DNA of 62,283 nucleotides, counting the filler. It is 5 parts of 5 records of this genome, joined end to end, with 100 filler letters (N's around TTAATTAATTAA, not from the genome) between each part and the next. Parts side by side here need not be neighbours in the genome. Positions count along the whole stretch, not along the records: positions 41,030 to 49,089 come from SRR20825019_1487; positions 49,190 to 62,283 come from SRR20825019_1488; 3 more parts are not named here. The stretch is one strand, 5' to 3'. The position numbers were made by a program, and so were the translations under genes. Under the pieces are notes generated by a model. It saw only the letters and a list, made by a program, of their open reading frames with translations. It did no database searches and was not told the origin of the DNA. This document shows, piece after piece, positions 44,393 through 57,100 of this stretch. Every line of letters begins with the position of its first letter. The stretch's first letter is position 1.

Positions 44393-47128
44393 TTAAAAAC
44401 TGATGGCCAAATTCAAGAAATAGGTTCTTCCGTAACTGTACCAATATTTTGGGGCAAAGGAGGGCGTTCCACTCTGATTGTCCTGTTTCAACTGGCCAAA
44501 ATTTCCGTTTCTGCTCTGCTCATATCCGCCTGTGCGGAAAACCTTATCAAACACATTGTTGACGCTGGCGAAAAAGCTGATGTACTTTCCATCGATCAAC
44601 CAAGATTTGCCCCCGACCAAATTCAACAAATAGATATCGTCGAGTTTGTTTTGCTCTAGCAATTTGGCCACATTCTCTTCGGTAGCATCGGGAAAAGGTT
44701 CATTGGTTTCGGGGTCGATGAGAAAACTGGACGTTCTGGTAATGGTGGAGAGATTACTATAATTATTGGTGAGGTAATTGGTAGTGCCGCTTATCCACCA
44801 ATATTTGGGAGCTCGGTAGGATACCCCCAATGCAAGTGCAGTTTGTGGCCCTTGGGCCAGTTTTAAATCCTTGAGATCGGCGATGCCCAAATCTATGTTT
44901 CCCTCGGGAGAAATAAGTTCTTCTTCGGCGCCTGCGGCATCAAAATTGATTTGCACAGATGGGTCGCTCGCATATACATAATGGCCAATGTTTCCTGCAG
45001 CGGTCAATTTTACACTGGATGATGCCTCGTACTCAAAACCAAACTCGATGCCTTTGTGAAGCCTGTCCAATCCTGTGATTACTTCTTGAACAAAATCGGA
45101 ACCCAAGCCAGAATCCACAAAAAAGAAATTAATGTCGGTAGTATGCTGAAACCTGGTATAAAACGCACTGATTCGTCCCGTTAAGCTCGGGAGACGCACA
45201 AAATAGCTCATGTCCACGCTGCTGACCACCTCTTTTTGAAGCTCGGGAACCGTTTCGTTATTTTCCCGTGGGTTGATAAAAATGTTCTGTATGATAGGTG
45301 GTCGTTCCACCATAGCAGCATTGGCCGTAAACCAATGTCGTCCCGTCAAGAAATACGTGAATCCACCTTTATATGCCAAGTTGGAAAAGATAATTTTTTC
45401 GCTTGCTCCGAAGGAATTTTCCAAATAGCGCTCGTTTTTGAAGAATCCATTGCGCTGCACATTAAAGTTGGAATACGAAGCTGATACAAATCCATCCCAT
45501 TTGTTGGAAGTCAATTGCACTTGGGCAAACCCTTCCATTTGAGAGGCATCCAAATTATAATAGTAATTGAATTTCTCGCCTTCTGTCTTTTGTAGTTCCT
45601 CATCAACATTATTCAAGGTGTTGGAAAAAGTGTCCATATCCTCATGATAAGTAGCTCCCAACAAATCTTGTATTTCGGCATAGTTTTCAGATCCTGTAGC
45701 TCTGTAATTTCCGCCAAAGCCAAGTTTGATGAAATCATTCAAAGCATAATCCAAATTGGTGGCACCTGAAATGGTCGTGTTCTGAGCAACATCATCATAA
45801 AGCAAATAAGCTGCCTTATCGTTATTGTTGGTATTGGCTTCATACAATTGTTCCCAATCCAATTGTGGGTTTTTCAAAAATGTTTCTTTCGCCAAGTTTG
45901 CATTGATAAAATCTGCTCCAATGGAACTGTTGATGTGGTAACTGGGCAAATAACGGTAATACGTTGGATCGGGATTTGGCGCATTGTAATAGCCAAGCCT
46001 GCTTCTGGAATTGATTCCTGTTTGATAGGCAACCCCAATATTCCAATTAACCTTTTTCTTGTTCAAAGCATAGTTGAGCAAAAACAAGGGCTCAAAAATC
46101 TCACGCTCTCTTGAATTTCTGATTTTGCCACCTTGTTCGCCCCAATATGGATTGTACTGCCCTCCCATCAAATCAAAGACTTCCTCCGTTAAGGCAGAGG
46201 AGCTTCCGCGTCTGTTACGTGCCCATATGGAGGTAAACGTAATGCTGTTTTCAGGGTCAAATTGATACTCGAAGGCTCCAAAAAACGAGTAGGCATCATA
46301 CAGCGTTCCATCTACATACCCTTCCTTGGCCCATCGTCGCGAAGCGGATACGGAATAGGCCAAACCACTTGCTTTTTCTCCTGAATTGTAGGTGGCCATC
46401 AACCTACCGCGATAGGTGCGATTGGACATAGATGACGATAACCGCAGGCCGGAACGAAAACCAGAAGGTCGGGTAATGATGTTCGTGTTGCCCAGAATTG
46501 CGCCGAAGGTGTACGGATTCAACGTTAGGCTGTTGGTGAATTCTTGATTTCGGACCACATCGTTCAAGCCGCCCCAATTGTTCCATTGTGGCCTGCCATC
46601 AAAAAATTTGTTCATGGGAATTCCGTTCATCAACACTTGGCCATTTCGTGAATCATAACCTCGCACCTTAAAAAAGGCTTGTCCAAAATCAAAAGCGGCA
46701 CGGTTCAGAAATATGTCCCTAGTGGATTGCAATAATCCCATGGAGCTGGAAATGGATTCAAAATCATCGGAAAGATCTCCATCCGTCAGTGAAATCAAAT
46801 TATCGGTTTGTTCTCTAGCAATATCCCTTTCCAGATAAATGGTCCCTAAATCAATCGGATTTCCATCCAAATGGAGCAAAAATCGTTTGGGAATAAAGTC
46901 CAGGGCGGAAACATGGAGTGTCTCTGTTTGTTTACCCACTAGGTCGAACTCAAATTTACCGTAGGAATCTGCAGAAAACTCCTTTAAAGTGTTTTCCAAG
47001 GTAATTATGGCATTGGGAATGGGAGTATCGGAACCCTTTTCCATCAATTGTCCTGTAACTCGAGTACTTTGTTGTGCATACAGCAACTCACAACAACAAA
47101 GCACGGCCAATACTATGGCTAGCCTCAT
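44393..47128 (-). CDS. TonB-dependent outer-membrane receptor with N-terminal CarboxypepD-reg-like domain
   Basis: Signal peptide, plug FKVRGYD...NGIPMN, C-terminal GRTYFLNLAISF. Confidence 0.9.
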   Translation of the reverse strand: MRLAIVLAVLCCCELLYAQQSTRVTGQLMEKGSDTPIPNAIITLENTLKEFSADSYGKFEFDLVGKQTETLHVSALDFIPKRFLLHLDGNPIDLGTIYLERDIAREQTDNLISLTDGDLSDDFESISSSMGLLQSTRDIFLNRAAFDFGQAFFKVRGYDSRNGQVLMNGIPMNKFFDGRPQWNNWGGLNDVVRNQEFTNSLTLNPYTFGAILGNTNIITRPSGFRSGLRLSSSMSNRTYRGRLMATYNSGEKASGLAYSVSASRRWAKEGYVDGTLYDAYSFFGAFEYQFDPENSITFTSIWARNRRGSSSALTEEVFDLMGGQYNPYWGEQGGKIRNSREREIFEPLFLLNYALNKKKVNWNIGVAYQTGINSRSRLGYYNAPNPDPTYYRYLPSYHINSSIGADFINANLAKETFLKNPQLDWEQLYEANTNNNDKAAYLLYDDVAQNTTISGATNLDYALNDFIKLGFGGNYRATGSENYAEIQDLLGATYHEDMDTFSNTLNNVDEELQKTEGEKFNYYYNLDASQMEGFAQVQLTSNKWDGFVSASYSNFNVQRNGFFKNERYLENSFGASEKIIFSNLAYKGGFTYFLTGRHWFTANAAMVERPPIIQNIFINPRENNETVPELQKEVVSSVDMSYFVRLPSLTGRISAFYTRFQHTTDINFFFVDSGLGSDFVQEVITGLDRLHKGIEFGFEYEASSSVKLTAAGNIGHYVYASDPSVQINFDAAGAEEELISPEGNIDLGIADLKDLKLAQGPQTALALGVSYRAPKYWWISGTTNYLTNNYSNLSTITRTSSFLIDPETNEPFPDATEENVAKLLEQNKLDDIYLLNLVGGKSWLIDGKYISFFASVNNVFDKVFRTGGYEQSRNGNFGQLKQDNQSGTPSFAPKYWYSYGRTYFLNLAISF

Positions 47129-47229
47129 AGGTTTTTGTAGGTTAATTAATAAAAAAGGGGTTGTAATTGCTGTACAAACTGCGGAAAAGCGAACAATTCT
47201 ACATATTTTAGCTACAAAATCAAAATAAA

Positions 47230-48267
47230 ATGCGATTATTAATATGCCTACTTGTATTAATATCGACCTCACTTTATGGACAAAAGTCCAAGACATACAC
47301 CTTAAGAACGATTGCTTTTTACAACTGTGAAAACCTGTTCGATACGGTAAACGATTCGCTCACTTTTGATGATGACCGAACTCCCGAGGGTAGTTATCAT
47401 TGGACGCGGGAACGGTATCTGCAAAAGGTGGAAAACCTATCCAAGGTCATTTCGCAAATTGGTGCCGAAACGTCTAAAACCTCTCCCGACATTGTGGGGC
47501 TTTGCGAAGTTGAAAATCTGGATGTGCTGGAAGATTTGGTGCAACATCCCAATTTGCTGGATAAGGATTATGGCATCATCCATTTTGATTCCCCAGATGC
47601 TCGCGGTATTGATGTGGCACTGCTTTATAAAAAGTCAGCATTTATTCCCTCTTCGTTTAAAAGTCATCGGCTTTTGTTGTTTGATGAAATGAGCGAAAGG
47701 AAATACACGCGTGACCAATTGGTGGTCGGCGGCACTATGGATGGTGAAGAAATTCATTTTATTGTAAACCATTGGCCCTCGCGGAGGGGCGGAGCGGCGA
47801 AAAGTTCCCCTTTACGTGTTCGTGCGGCTTTGTTGAACAAGCGAATTATTGACTCCATCCAAGAATTGGATTTGGATGCCAAAATTATTTCGATGGGTGA
47901 CCTCAACGACGACCCCATTGATGACAGCTTGAAAAAAATACTGAAAACAAAGGGCAAAAAGCGTCAATTGGATAGCTTAAGCCTATTTAATCCTATGGAG
48001 GCAATGTTTAAAAAAGGAATCGGTTCGTTGGCATACCAAGATAAGTGGAACTTGTTTGACCAGATTTTTATGACCTCCAATTTGGTGACCGAAAACAGAA
48101 CAACCCTATCGCTTTGGAAAGCGGGCATTTTTGCACCACAATTTATCCGAACTGATGAAGGACGGTTTAAGGGGTATCCGCTACGTACCTACTCGGGCGG
48201 TAGCTATACGGCCGGGTATAGCGACCACTTTCCTGCGTATTTGTTTTTGTTGAAGGAGGTGGAGTGA
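47230..48267 (+). CDS. Exported endonuclease/exonuclease/phosphatase-family nuclease
   Basis: FYNCENLFD, GLCEVEN, NHWPSR, MGDLND, FDQI, SDHFP. Confidence 0.92.
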   Translation: MRLLICLLVLISTSLYGQKSKTYTLRTIAFYNCENLFDTVNDSLTFDDDRTPEGSYHWTRERYLQKVENLSKVISQIGAETSKTSPDIVGLCEVENLDVLEDLVQHPNLLDKDYGIIHFDSPDARGIDVALLYKKSAFIPSSFKSHRLLLFDEMSERKYTRDQLVVGGTMDGEEIHFIVNHWPSRRGGAAKSSPLRVRAALLNKRIIDSIQELDLDAKIISMGDLNDDPIDDSLKKILKTKGKKRQLDSLSLFNPMEAMFKKGIGSLAYQDKWNLFDQIFMTSNLVTENRTTLSLWKAGIFAPQFIRTDEGRFKGYPLRTYSGGSYTAGYSDHFPAYLFLLKEVE

Positions 48268-48283
48268 TGGATTCACGACTGAA

Positions 48284-48367
48284 TGTCACATCGTGTCCTT
48301 CGGCTTCGCTCAGGATAAACTAAAGTCGAGATGTTTTCCCTACCTTTCGACTGCGCTCAAGGTGACA
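48284..48367. repeat. REP-like palindromic intergenic element
   Basis: Termini TGTCAC/GTGACA; two related units TTCGGCTTCGCTCA and TTCGACTGCGCTCA. Confidence 0.65.
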
Positions 48368-48523
48368 AAACATTTAATATCTTTAACTCATGACAGTACG
48401 ACTTCCTAAAGACGAGGACAAACATGTATTTAGTACGGATGATAATGCACGTTGGCTTTAATGTGGAACATTTTTTGGAACCTTAATAAAAAGTGGTTAC
48501 TTTGTAATAACATTTAAAGACTT

Positions 48524-48769
48524 ATGGAAGCATCAATAATCAAAATCGGTAATTCAAAAGGACTTCGTTTGAGCAAGACCATTTTGGAAAAATATAATAT
48601 CAAGGACAAAGTGGAACTGATTCTTGAAAAAGGACAGATCATCCTCAAACCAATTGCTTCACCAAGAAAAAATTGGGAAAAAGAATTTAAAAAAATGAAT
48701 GAGAATGGAGATGACAAGTTGCTGATGAATGATGTCTTCGAGGATGAAAACCTTGAAGAATGGATTTAA
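48524..48769 (+). CDS. AbrB/MazE-family antitoxin
   Basis: IIKIGNSKGLRL; acidic C-terminus; overlaps the toxin start. Confidence 0.92.
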   Translation: MEASIIKIGNSKGLRLSKTILEKYNIKDKVELILEKGQIILKPIASPRKNWEKEFKKMNENGDDKLLMNDVFEDENLEEWI

Positions 48770-49083
48770 AACAATACTCGATCGTTCTTGTAAACCTTGA
48801 CCCGACCAGTGGTAACGAAATAAAAAAGACAAGACCTTGTGTAATCATTTCGCCAAATGAAATGAACAAATATCTGAACACAATAGTTCTTGCTCCAATG
48901 ACAACCAATTTAAAAAAATATCCGACAAGGGTTTCGATCAAACATAACGAAAGAAAAGGAATGATTGCCATTGACCAAATTCGGACAGTTGACAAAACTA
49001 GAATAATCCGAATTTTTGAAAACCTGACCAATGTAGAAATTGAAAAATGCAAAGAGGTCATAAAAGAAACCTTTGTTGACTAA
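48760..49083 (+). CDS. MazF/PemK-family endoribonuclease toxin
   Basis: VNLDPTSGNEIKKTRPCVIISP, APMTT, DQIRTVDK.R. Confidence 0.94.
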   Translation: MDLKQYSIVLVNLDPTSGNEIKKTRPCVIISPNEMNKYLNTIVLAPMTTNLKKYPTRVSIKHNERKGMIAIDQIRTVDKTRIIRIFENLTNVEIEKCKEVIKETFVD

Positions 49084-49089
49084 AAAATA

Positions 49090-49189
49090 NNNNNNNNNNN
49101 NNNNNNNNNNNNNNNNNNNNNNNNNNNNNNNNNTTAATTAATTAANNNNNNNNNNNNNNNNNNNNNNNNNNNNNNNNNNNNNNNNNNNN
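49090..49189. other. Artificial contig linker
   Basis: N-TTAATTAATTAA-N. Confidence 0.99.
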
Positions 49190-49762
49190 GCGCGGCACGG
49201 GCTCGCGCGGCACGGGCTCAGTCGCCCGCCGGCCGGGCGCCGGCCCCCCCGCCGGGCCGCCGGGCGAAGGCGACCGGACGGCGCTCCATGCCGGACGGCC
49301 GGATTGTGAACGCGGCCGGGACCCCCCGCCCGGGTGACCGCGGGAGTTTGAATGACGAACTTCGGTGCATCCCATCATGTTTCGCGGGCACGCAGCGATG
49401 CAGTGGGAAAGTTCTCACTTTCCTTATTATTGTGATCTCCCGCCTATCCTCGACCACTAGCGGTCGGAAAACCGCAATCCGGTCCGGCGGCTCATCCACC
49501 CGGAAAAAAAACTCCGGACCGGCGGCCGGGCCGGTGGCGTGGCGAGGGCTCAGCAGCAGGCGAAGTTGAGGGCAGGCCGGTTCGCCCCGGCCACCCGGCG
49601 CTCTGGCCGCTCAAAATTGGGCCGGGCAAACGTTCCAGCCCGCCGGATGGCAGTAAGTGCCGGGCCGGATGGGTCATCCCGAAGTACGTAGACCGTCACC
49701 GCGCGGATATAGCATGAATATTGCTACCCACACTTTTAATTAATTTCTGTAACTCTAACGCA

Positions 49763-51079
49763 ATGGCTGCTCCCACTACTCGTTTGACATCTGGATTCGA
49801 TATGCCCATTGTAAGTTGTGTCGGATTTTTTTCGGTCTAGCCACGAGAAGTAATATTTTGCGGTTGTAGCACGGGCTTGGCACTTGGCGTTCTGACGTTG
49901 GCCAAGTTAAGGCGGCTGTAAAGCATGCTCTTAAGTGGTGAGTTAAAATATAAGTTTTCCTTTCTTGGCTTTGCGCTGATCCTCATTCGTAGCGGTTATA
50001 CTCACATCGATGCCGCCTACGTGTACCAGAACCAGAAGGAGGTCGCTAGTGCCATCAAGGAGGAGCTGGCGGCTGGCACCATCAAGCGCAAGGACCTCTT
50101 TGTGACGAGGTATTTGATAGCAAGATTAGGCGTGTTCCTGTCTATTGATGTGCGTTGGTGGCTGCAGCAAGCTGTGGAACACCCAGCATAAGAAGGAGGA
50201 TGTCATGCCTGCTCTCAAGAAGTGCCTGGAGGAGCTTGGTCTCGATGTCTGTGAAATGCGTCACCTTCAGAACATTCAGTGTCTGACTGCTGTTTTTTAG
50301 TACTTGGATCTCTACCTCATTCACTGGCCTGTGGCCTTTGAGGCCGGAGATGCCTACTTTCCGCAACGTGTTGAGGGTGACATGAGCACTGTTAAGGTCG
50401 TTGACGTTCCACACAAAGAGACTTGGGAGGCTCTGGAGGCTTGTGTCGATGCCGGACTCACTCGCAGCATCGGCGTCAGCAACTTCACCGCCCGCCAGAT
50501 CAAGGAACTGCTCCCATTCTGCCGTATTAGGCCTGCCGTCAACCAGGTGTGTATGTTGAGTCTATTTATCTTCACGCTTCGTGACCATGCAACGAATAGG
50601 TCGAGCTCCACCCGTACAACAGCCAAAAGGATCTTGTCAAGTATTGCCAGGACAACAACATTGTTGTGACCGCATACTCTCCCCTCGGTACCCCTGACTG
50701 GAGGAAGCCGGACCAGCCTCTTCTCCTCGAGGACAAGGCGGTGAGTTCATGGGATGTCCAGACCCCTGCTCTTCTGATTCCGGGTGTACAGGTCACTGCT
50801 ATTGCCAAGAAGCACAACAAGACCAATGGCCAGGTGCTTATTAAGTGGAGCCTCCAAAATGGCTTGATTTGCATCCCCAAGTCCGTTGTAAGTGACATCC
50901 GTCCTTTGTTTCTGTGCGTGCGTTCTTACACAGACACCGAACTGCAGACCCCCGCTCGCATCGAGGAGAACAGGATGGTGTTTGACTTCAACCTTTCTTC
51001 TGAGGACATGAAGGCTATTGATGCTCTTAACTCCAATACCCGCTTCGTGCTCCCGGTGTGGCGCCAGACTTGGGACTAA
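49763..51079 (+). CDS. Aldo-keto reductase (AKR1-like), eukaryotic, 8 exons
   Basis: GT-AG introns 49811-49869, 49938-49992, 50110-50167, 50247-50300, 50547-50599, 50741-50791, 50888-50947; spliced product has GLGTW, HIDAAYVY, TSKLW, LYLIHWP, IGVSNF, NQVELHPY, AYSPLG, IPKS. Confidence 0.95.
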
Positions 51080-51187
51080 TCGCTGCGGCATGAGAGCGAG
51101 ATAATTCTCTTCATGAGTTTGCACATTGCTGTTCTGATTCATTGGTTTAATACATGCAGTACTCTTGAATACTAGAGGTCCTTGTTT

Positions 51188-54100
51188 CTACTGTGACATA
51201 TCCGCCAGCAAGTTGTTCAGCCTGCGGCGAGCCCGGGATGACGGATCGCTCTCCGTCGCCGTGCTATGGCTATTACTCCCTGCCGCGTCACCATGTCCTC
51301 CAAGGATACTACTATCAGTATCACCAACTCCAGCAGCGTTTGCCCCCGTCCGGATATCAAGGGATTGTGAGAGGGAGCTCGAGTTTGTCTCTGTCTGACT
51401 AAGTTGAACCATAGGGACCTGCGAACACACACCATTAACACTGGCCTGAATGCTACAAAGATAACACAAACACCCACCATGTTAGCATTCCGTATCTCGT
51501 TGAGTAAGGAGTTATCTCCGCTTGACATCATATTGGCAATCTCCTCCTCCATAATCGCATTCTGTGTTGATGCGACACGATTCGACGTGGCGGCGGCACT
51601 TCCCCTGAGGGTAACTGTTAGACGCGCGCCGCCATTATAACCGATACAAGCTTACTTTCCGGGCGGAAGGTCCCCAATCGACTTGATGTTTCCCGCCTCA
51701 GATATCTGGTGTATGGGCAGGCCTGCCGCCTCTTGCACAGCCACTGCTGCACTTACAGGCGCATTGAATCGAGAAGCCGGCATGGCGTAGCTGTTGTTAA
51801 TGAAAGAGGTATCATCAAGCGCGCCCCTGTCGCAAGAGTGCTTAGTCAGAAAGCGCAGAAAGCAGAGCGAAAAACCCATACCATTTCGAGGGGGCTGGTG
51901 ACACAGAAGTCAATGGGAGGAAGGAATATGTGTTGTTGCCTCCTGAGAGAACACTGGTGTTCTCGACGGAAAATGTCGTCATATTATCCATGAACTGGAA
52001 CAAATCGTTGGTTCACCTAACCCATGAATTATCTCGCATATTCACCTGATTCTGAGCATTGAGCTCATTGTCCGCCCGACGAATATCTGATCGAAGGTTC
52101 TTAGCCTGCAAAACACATGTTAAGACAAGACACTATTAAGCACATGAAGGCACCCCGACCTCGGTAGCCCAATGGCGTGCTGCGGTACTTGTCGGGGCAA
52201 CGTTCTCCTTGGCCGGATCCGCGCGAGCCCGAGAGGGGGCATCGGCAGTCTTCGGTCGGGCCAAACCACCCCGAATGTCCGGTCTCTTGGCGCCAGTATC
52301 ACCTGAAGTCTTGTATCGGTTCTCCTGGGCACGGGGATGCACCTTGCGAGTCAACTCCGAGACCATATTCGGTCTTTGCGTGGTGGCGTGCTCATGATAA
52401 GCAATGCCCGGATACTTGTTGGCCGACGCCGCCGGTCCAGACAAGATCATCTAATGCGAGTGTTGGTAAAATTACCACAACCCCAGTGTCACTCGCACCT
52501 GTTCACTGATTCTTAGATGAAGCGAGCGGGCCGCTTCAAGTGCGCGCGCGGATGTGATTTTCTCTTCAATTACACTCTTCCTATCGCGAACGAGCATCAG
52601 ACGCTCACGCTCAAAATCCCTCTTGGCTACCACAAGGTTCCGCTGCATTTCCTGGTGCTTCATTTTGTCTAGCTCCATGCCCTGATGAAGGGTCCTCGCT
52701 TCATCACGCATAGCCTGGACATCATCTGCGTCAGTACCTCGAGCATATGAGATATAAAGGCTGCGGTACCTGAGCCTGAACCAAGTCGCTGTGTGTGCTC
52801 TCCTTGATCTTGGAGACATCTTCGCTCTTCAGTTGAATCTGGAGTGCTGTTCAAGAAGGTATCAGAACGATCTTCGCCGTGACACCGCTCCAGTGCTACA
52901 TACCAAGATCCGTGAGCCGCTTCACTTCGATCTCAAAGTTAGACTTGTCATTCTCTAGTTGACGGCGAGCCTAAGCAAAGCGCAATCAGCACGTAATCCA
53001 GACCATAATCATCATGTTGTGAACCTTTCGGATCTCTTCAGCCTCCCTCTCGAACTGTTCGCGGCGGAGATGGAAGCTGTCTGTCGCCTCCTGAAGCGCG
53101 GCCTTCTCCTGCCGAATGACCTTCTCCACCTCTTCTTGCCTCCTCTTTAGGCTCACTTCCTCACGGTTAATATTGTCTCTCATCGACTCCATTGATTTGC
53201 GTTCATCCATGATCTCTCTCTTTTCATCATTCATTCTCACTAACAGCTGTTCGCGTTCAGAGAAGTACAGCGTTCGAGTCTCTTCGAGCTTGCGCCTTTC
53301 CCTATCGATTTCGTCCTATAATCCACGAGTCAGATACGTATGCAGCACACACAGTCAGCCGGACCTTCATTCCAGCCTTCTCGTTGCGAAGCTGCATCTG
53401 GAGCTGCTCGAGTCTTGCATGTTCCTGAGCCAACCGCTGGCGTTCATCCTCGTGGTTGTTACGGATGTCCCTGCTCTAACGTTAGCGCGAATACCACACG
53501 CCCGAGTCAAGCCCACCTCAAAGACGACTCGGTGGATTGCATCATGTTCTCCAGGCGAGACCGCTCCTCGTCAACCATTCTCTGCATAGCCCCATGAGAG
53601 AAAGATACAAGCAGATCCCCCAACCTCTCACCTGGCGCTGCGCAAGGGATGCTTCTTGATCGCGCAGTGTCTTCTCCTTCTCCGCAATTGCGTCTAATCT
53701 TGTCTTCGAGACGCTGCTGTGGTCACTCTCCAGGCGCCTTTGCAGGTTGCCTTGGCCAAGGTCATTAGGAGTCGGAACAATTTTCCATCAATCCTCGGGA
53801 CAACTTACCCATTGACTCGGAGGACAAATGGATTTGACGTGCCAGACCGCTGAGCATTTCCGTACTAGAGTGCTGAGAGCTCAGCTGCTCCATTTGTGTC
53901 TCGTAGGCCGTTCGCAACTGCTCCATCGCCGCAGCATGGGAGCTATCCTTTTCCAATAGAGTCTTCTTGTGCAACTCAAGCGTATGCTGGAGCTGCTCCT
54001 GAGACCGTGCCGCGGCAGCCTACAAATTCGTCAGATCGAGTGAATCATGGCGTATCATGTTCCAACCTTGGCTTGTTCCGCTGCCTCCGTCCGAATCGCC

Positions 54101-57100
54101 TGCATCTTCTTGTCTGCCAACTCCCTCTCGGAATTCAATTGCTGGTCAAAGGTTTGCCTCTCGCCCGCCAGGGTGCGCTCGTGCTTGTCTCGCTCAGCCC
54201 TTGTCTCTTCTTCGTGCTAGAGATAGAGCAATGTTAGAAGCCCGCAAATGACGTGGAATCAACACGCACAATCTGTTTCAGCCGGCGGATTTCCTCCCTA
54301 TGGTTGAGTTGCACACTGCCGCGGTCACTGTTCTCAATGTCAAGCTGGGCCTCCACCTGTAAGAATGATCCGATTAGGCGGAAGATCTCCAAAAGACTTC
54401 ATTAAACCTCACCTTGCTGAGCTGATTCTCGTAGTCGGTTCTCAGGCGGGATATTTCTTCGTGGTGAGAGGCGGTCAAGGTGGAGACCTTAGTCTTCAGC
54501 ATGTCGGTTGTCCGCTTCTCGTTCTCAATATCCTCCTGTAGCCTTGCAATCTAATGATGCCGGTCAGATGCCCAATCCGGGACCACTATTGTGTCTCCTC
54601 ACCTTCGCGAGTGCCTCCTCGTGAGCCAATGACAGATTGATATATGCTGCCGATGATGTTGGGGGGCTGCCTTGCTGCGGGCTGGTGGTATATCCCCCAC
54701 TACGCTGCCCAGGTGCAGGCGATGCCAGGACCGCGTTGCCCGCGGGCGCGGTCATATTAGTTTGGCCAGCAGGCGCATGTGGATGAATCAAACCGCTCTG
54801 CCGGGCAGCCTCTGCTTCGTGGGGGAACAACTGCAAGACTTGTGTCATAAAAGACCTGCTTGCCCGCATATTAGCTTCTCACCTGTTGTTGGGCCTGATT
54901 AGTACCAGACTGGATGACTGGTTGAGCAGTGGGTTTCGTTCCAGCCATGCCCTTGGGATCGGGGGAACTCTGCCGTGACCGATTCGACCCCTTGGAAAGA
55001 GGGAATGCTGTTCCACATGAGACATTAAGAACAGCAGGGTAGTGCTTAAAATCCACTTACGCTGCGATGCCTTTGGAGATGACATCGGCTGATCACGACC
55101 GGCAGATGCGGGCCCAGGCTGCCCGGGGGTCGGTGAAATATTGATGTGACGCTCACGAGGGCTTGCTTTCCGGTGACGATCGGGGAGAGGGCTCTTTCGG
55201 TCTTTCTTTGGTGTTTCAGTGATTTTGAGGCTTGCACTGGACAGCTGCGACACAACAACCACGTCAACGTAAAAGCTAGCCCATGCATCAATGATGAAGT
55301 ACCTCTATGGACGAATCAGGGGCAAAGGAGTCAGAGTATTCCTCGGCATCGTCGGGATCAAGGCCGAGGTTTGCCATCATGGCCTTGTTCTTTTCAGTGG
55401 CCTTGTCACGCTCCTCCTTCGCCTTCTTCTCCTGCTCTTCACGTTCCTTCCGTTCCTTTTCCTCCTTCTCCTTTTGCTGCTGAGCAAGACGCTGTTTTTC
55501 CTTCTCGCGCTCGCGGAGCTTCTCGGCAAGCTCAGCATCTTTCTTGTCCTTGTCGCTAGTCTTGGCAGTAGCGACGGCAGGCTTGGTAACCTGGCGTGTG
55601 GTGAGTCCACAATCAAGCCTTCCTTACAAAGAGAGCATACCTTCGGCTTCGAATCTGGCAGCTGGCGACGCTGGCGTGAGGCCCCTCCCATGAACGTGGG
55701 CATATAACCACCCATGGTCGCAGCCTGCACGGCGGGGTCGTCATCAAGGTCGTCATCCTTCGCCATGAGTTCCGCCAATCCCCCTTTCTTCGGCTCAGCC
55801 GCTGGCGCCAGGGAGGGCTTCGTTGTTGTTGTGCTCGACGACTCGGCTGCCTTGGGCTCCTCCTTAATGGAGGACATGCCGGATGCTGGCTTGGCGATTG
55901 GGGCGTTGGGATTCATCTTGCCGAGAGACTCCTTAGCCTTGCTGTCGGCCTTTTCCGTATTATCTCCCAACAACGACATAATATCGTCAGTGGACGACTT
56001 GTAAGCTTCGAAAGAGTCCTCGTAAGGGTTCCCGCCTTCGTCATTATCGGTATCGTCATCGACAACCTATATCCCGTACGCTAAGCACCGATTGAGAAGA
56101 ACAGGACACTGGCATACCTTCATCTTTTCAACGGCGATGGAAATTTCCTTGCGTTGCTTCTCCGCCTCCTCGGCTTCCCGCTTCTCTTTCTCCTCACGCT
56201 CACGTTGCTAGAATATGGGCACTTAGCATAACTAAAATTCTTCACCAATTGTATGCACGTACCCTGCGATCATCTTCCTCCTTGGCCTTACGCTCGCGTT
56301 CTTCGCGCTCCTTCTTGTCCTTCTCTTCTTTCTCCCGGCGTTCACGTTCCAATCGTGCCGCCTCGGCCTCATCAGGGCGGCCGTCGCTGTCATTATCGTC
56401 GTTGTCCCAATCGCTGTCAACATCCATCGCCTCCAGCGGATCGATTCCGCCGCCGCTTGGAATAGTTCCGGCGGCCTTCTTCTGTAGCATTCCAATAGGT
56501 TTTGGCCCGCCGGAGCCTACAATGCCACCAGCCTTAGCCCCAGGAGTGCGGGCAGCCCCCGTGGATGCCCCGAAAGGCTTGTCCTTCTCGTCGTCGCTAG
56601 GTGCTGCACTCGCAACAGCAGAAACGGGAGCTGATGAAGCTGCGGATCCAAGCCCTGAGCCTAGACCACCAGCACCGCCACCCCCTGCTCGCCTGCCAGC
56701 CTTAGGCGCTGTTGTTTTTTTGCCAAACCCAGCAAATAGATCATCATCTAACGAGTCAATTCCACCGCCTCCTGGGTTCAGATCGATGGACGCAAGGCTG
56801 TCGGTTGTAACAGCGCTAGCCATTTGGCCCCTGCCACCTAGCGAACCTGTGCCACCGGGCTTTGACAGGCTTCCTCCAAGAGGGGCGCCCTTCTTCTCGC
56901 TGAAGTCCATGACCTGATCCTTGAGGTCGTCGTCATCTGCGCCAAAACCAGTTAGACGCGCCGGCCCCAGCGCCTCTCCGCCCTTGCACTTACCTAGGTC
57001 AGAGAACTCTACATCAACATCTTCGGCGGGCTTTGGCTTCGCCGCAGTTTTGGCCTTCAGCGCTTTCTCTTTCTTCTTCTGGGCCAGCTTCTCCTTTTTC

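Noticed and set aside
44393-47296. 967-aa start for the TonB receptor
   Set aside because: It overlaps the divergent nuclease gene; the signal peptide begins at 47128
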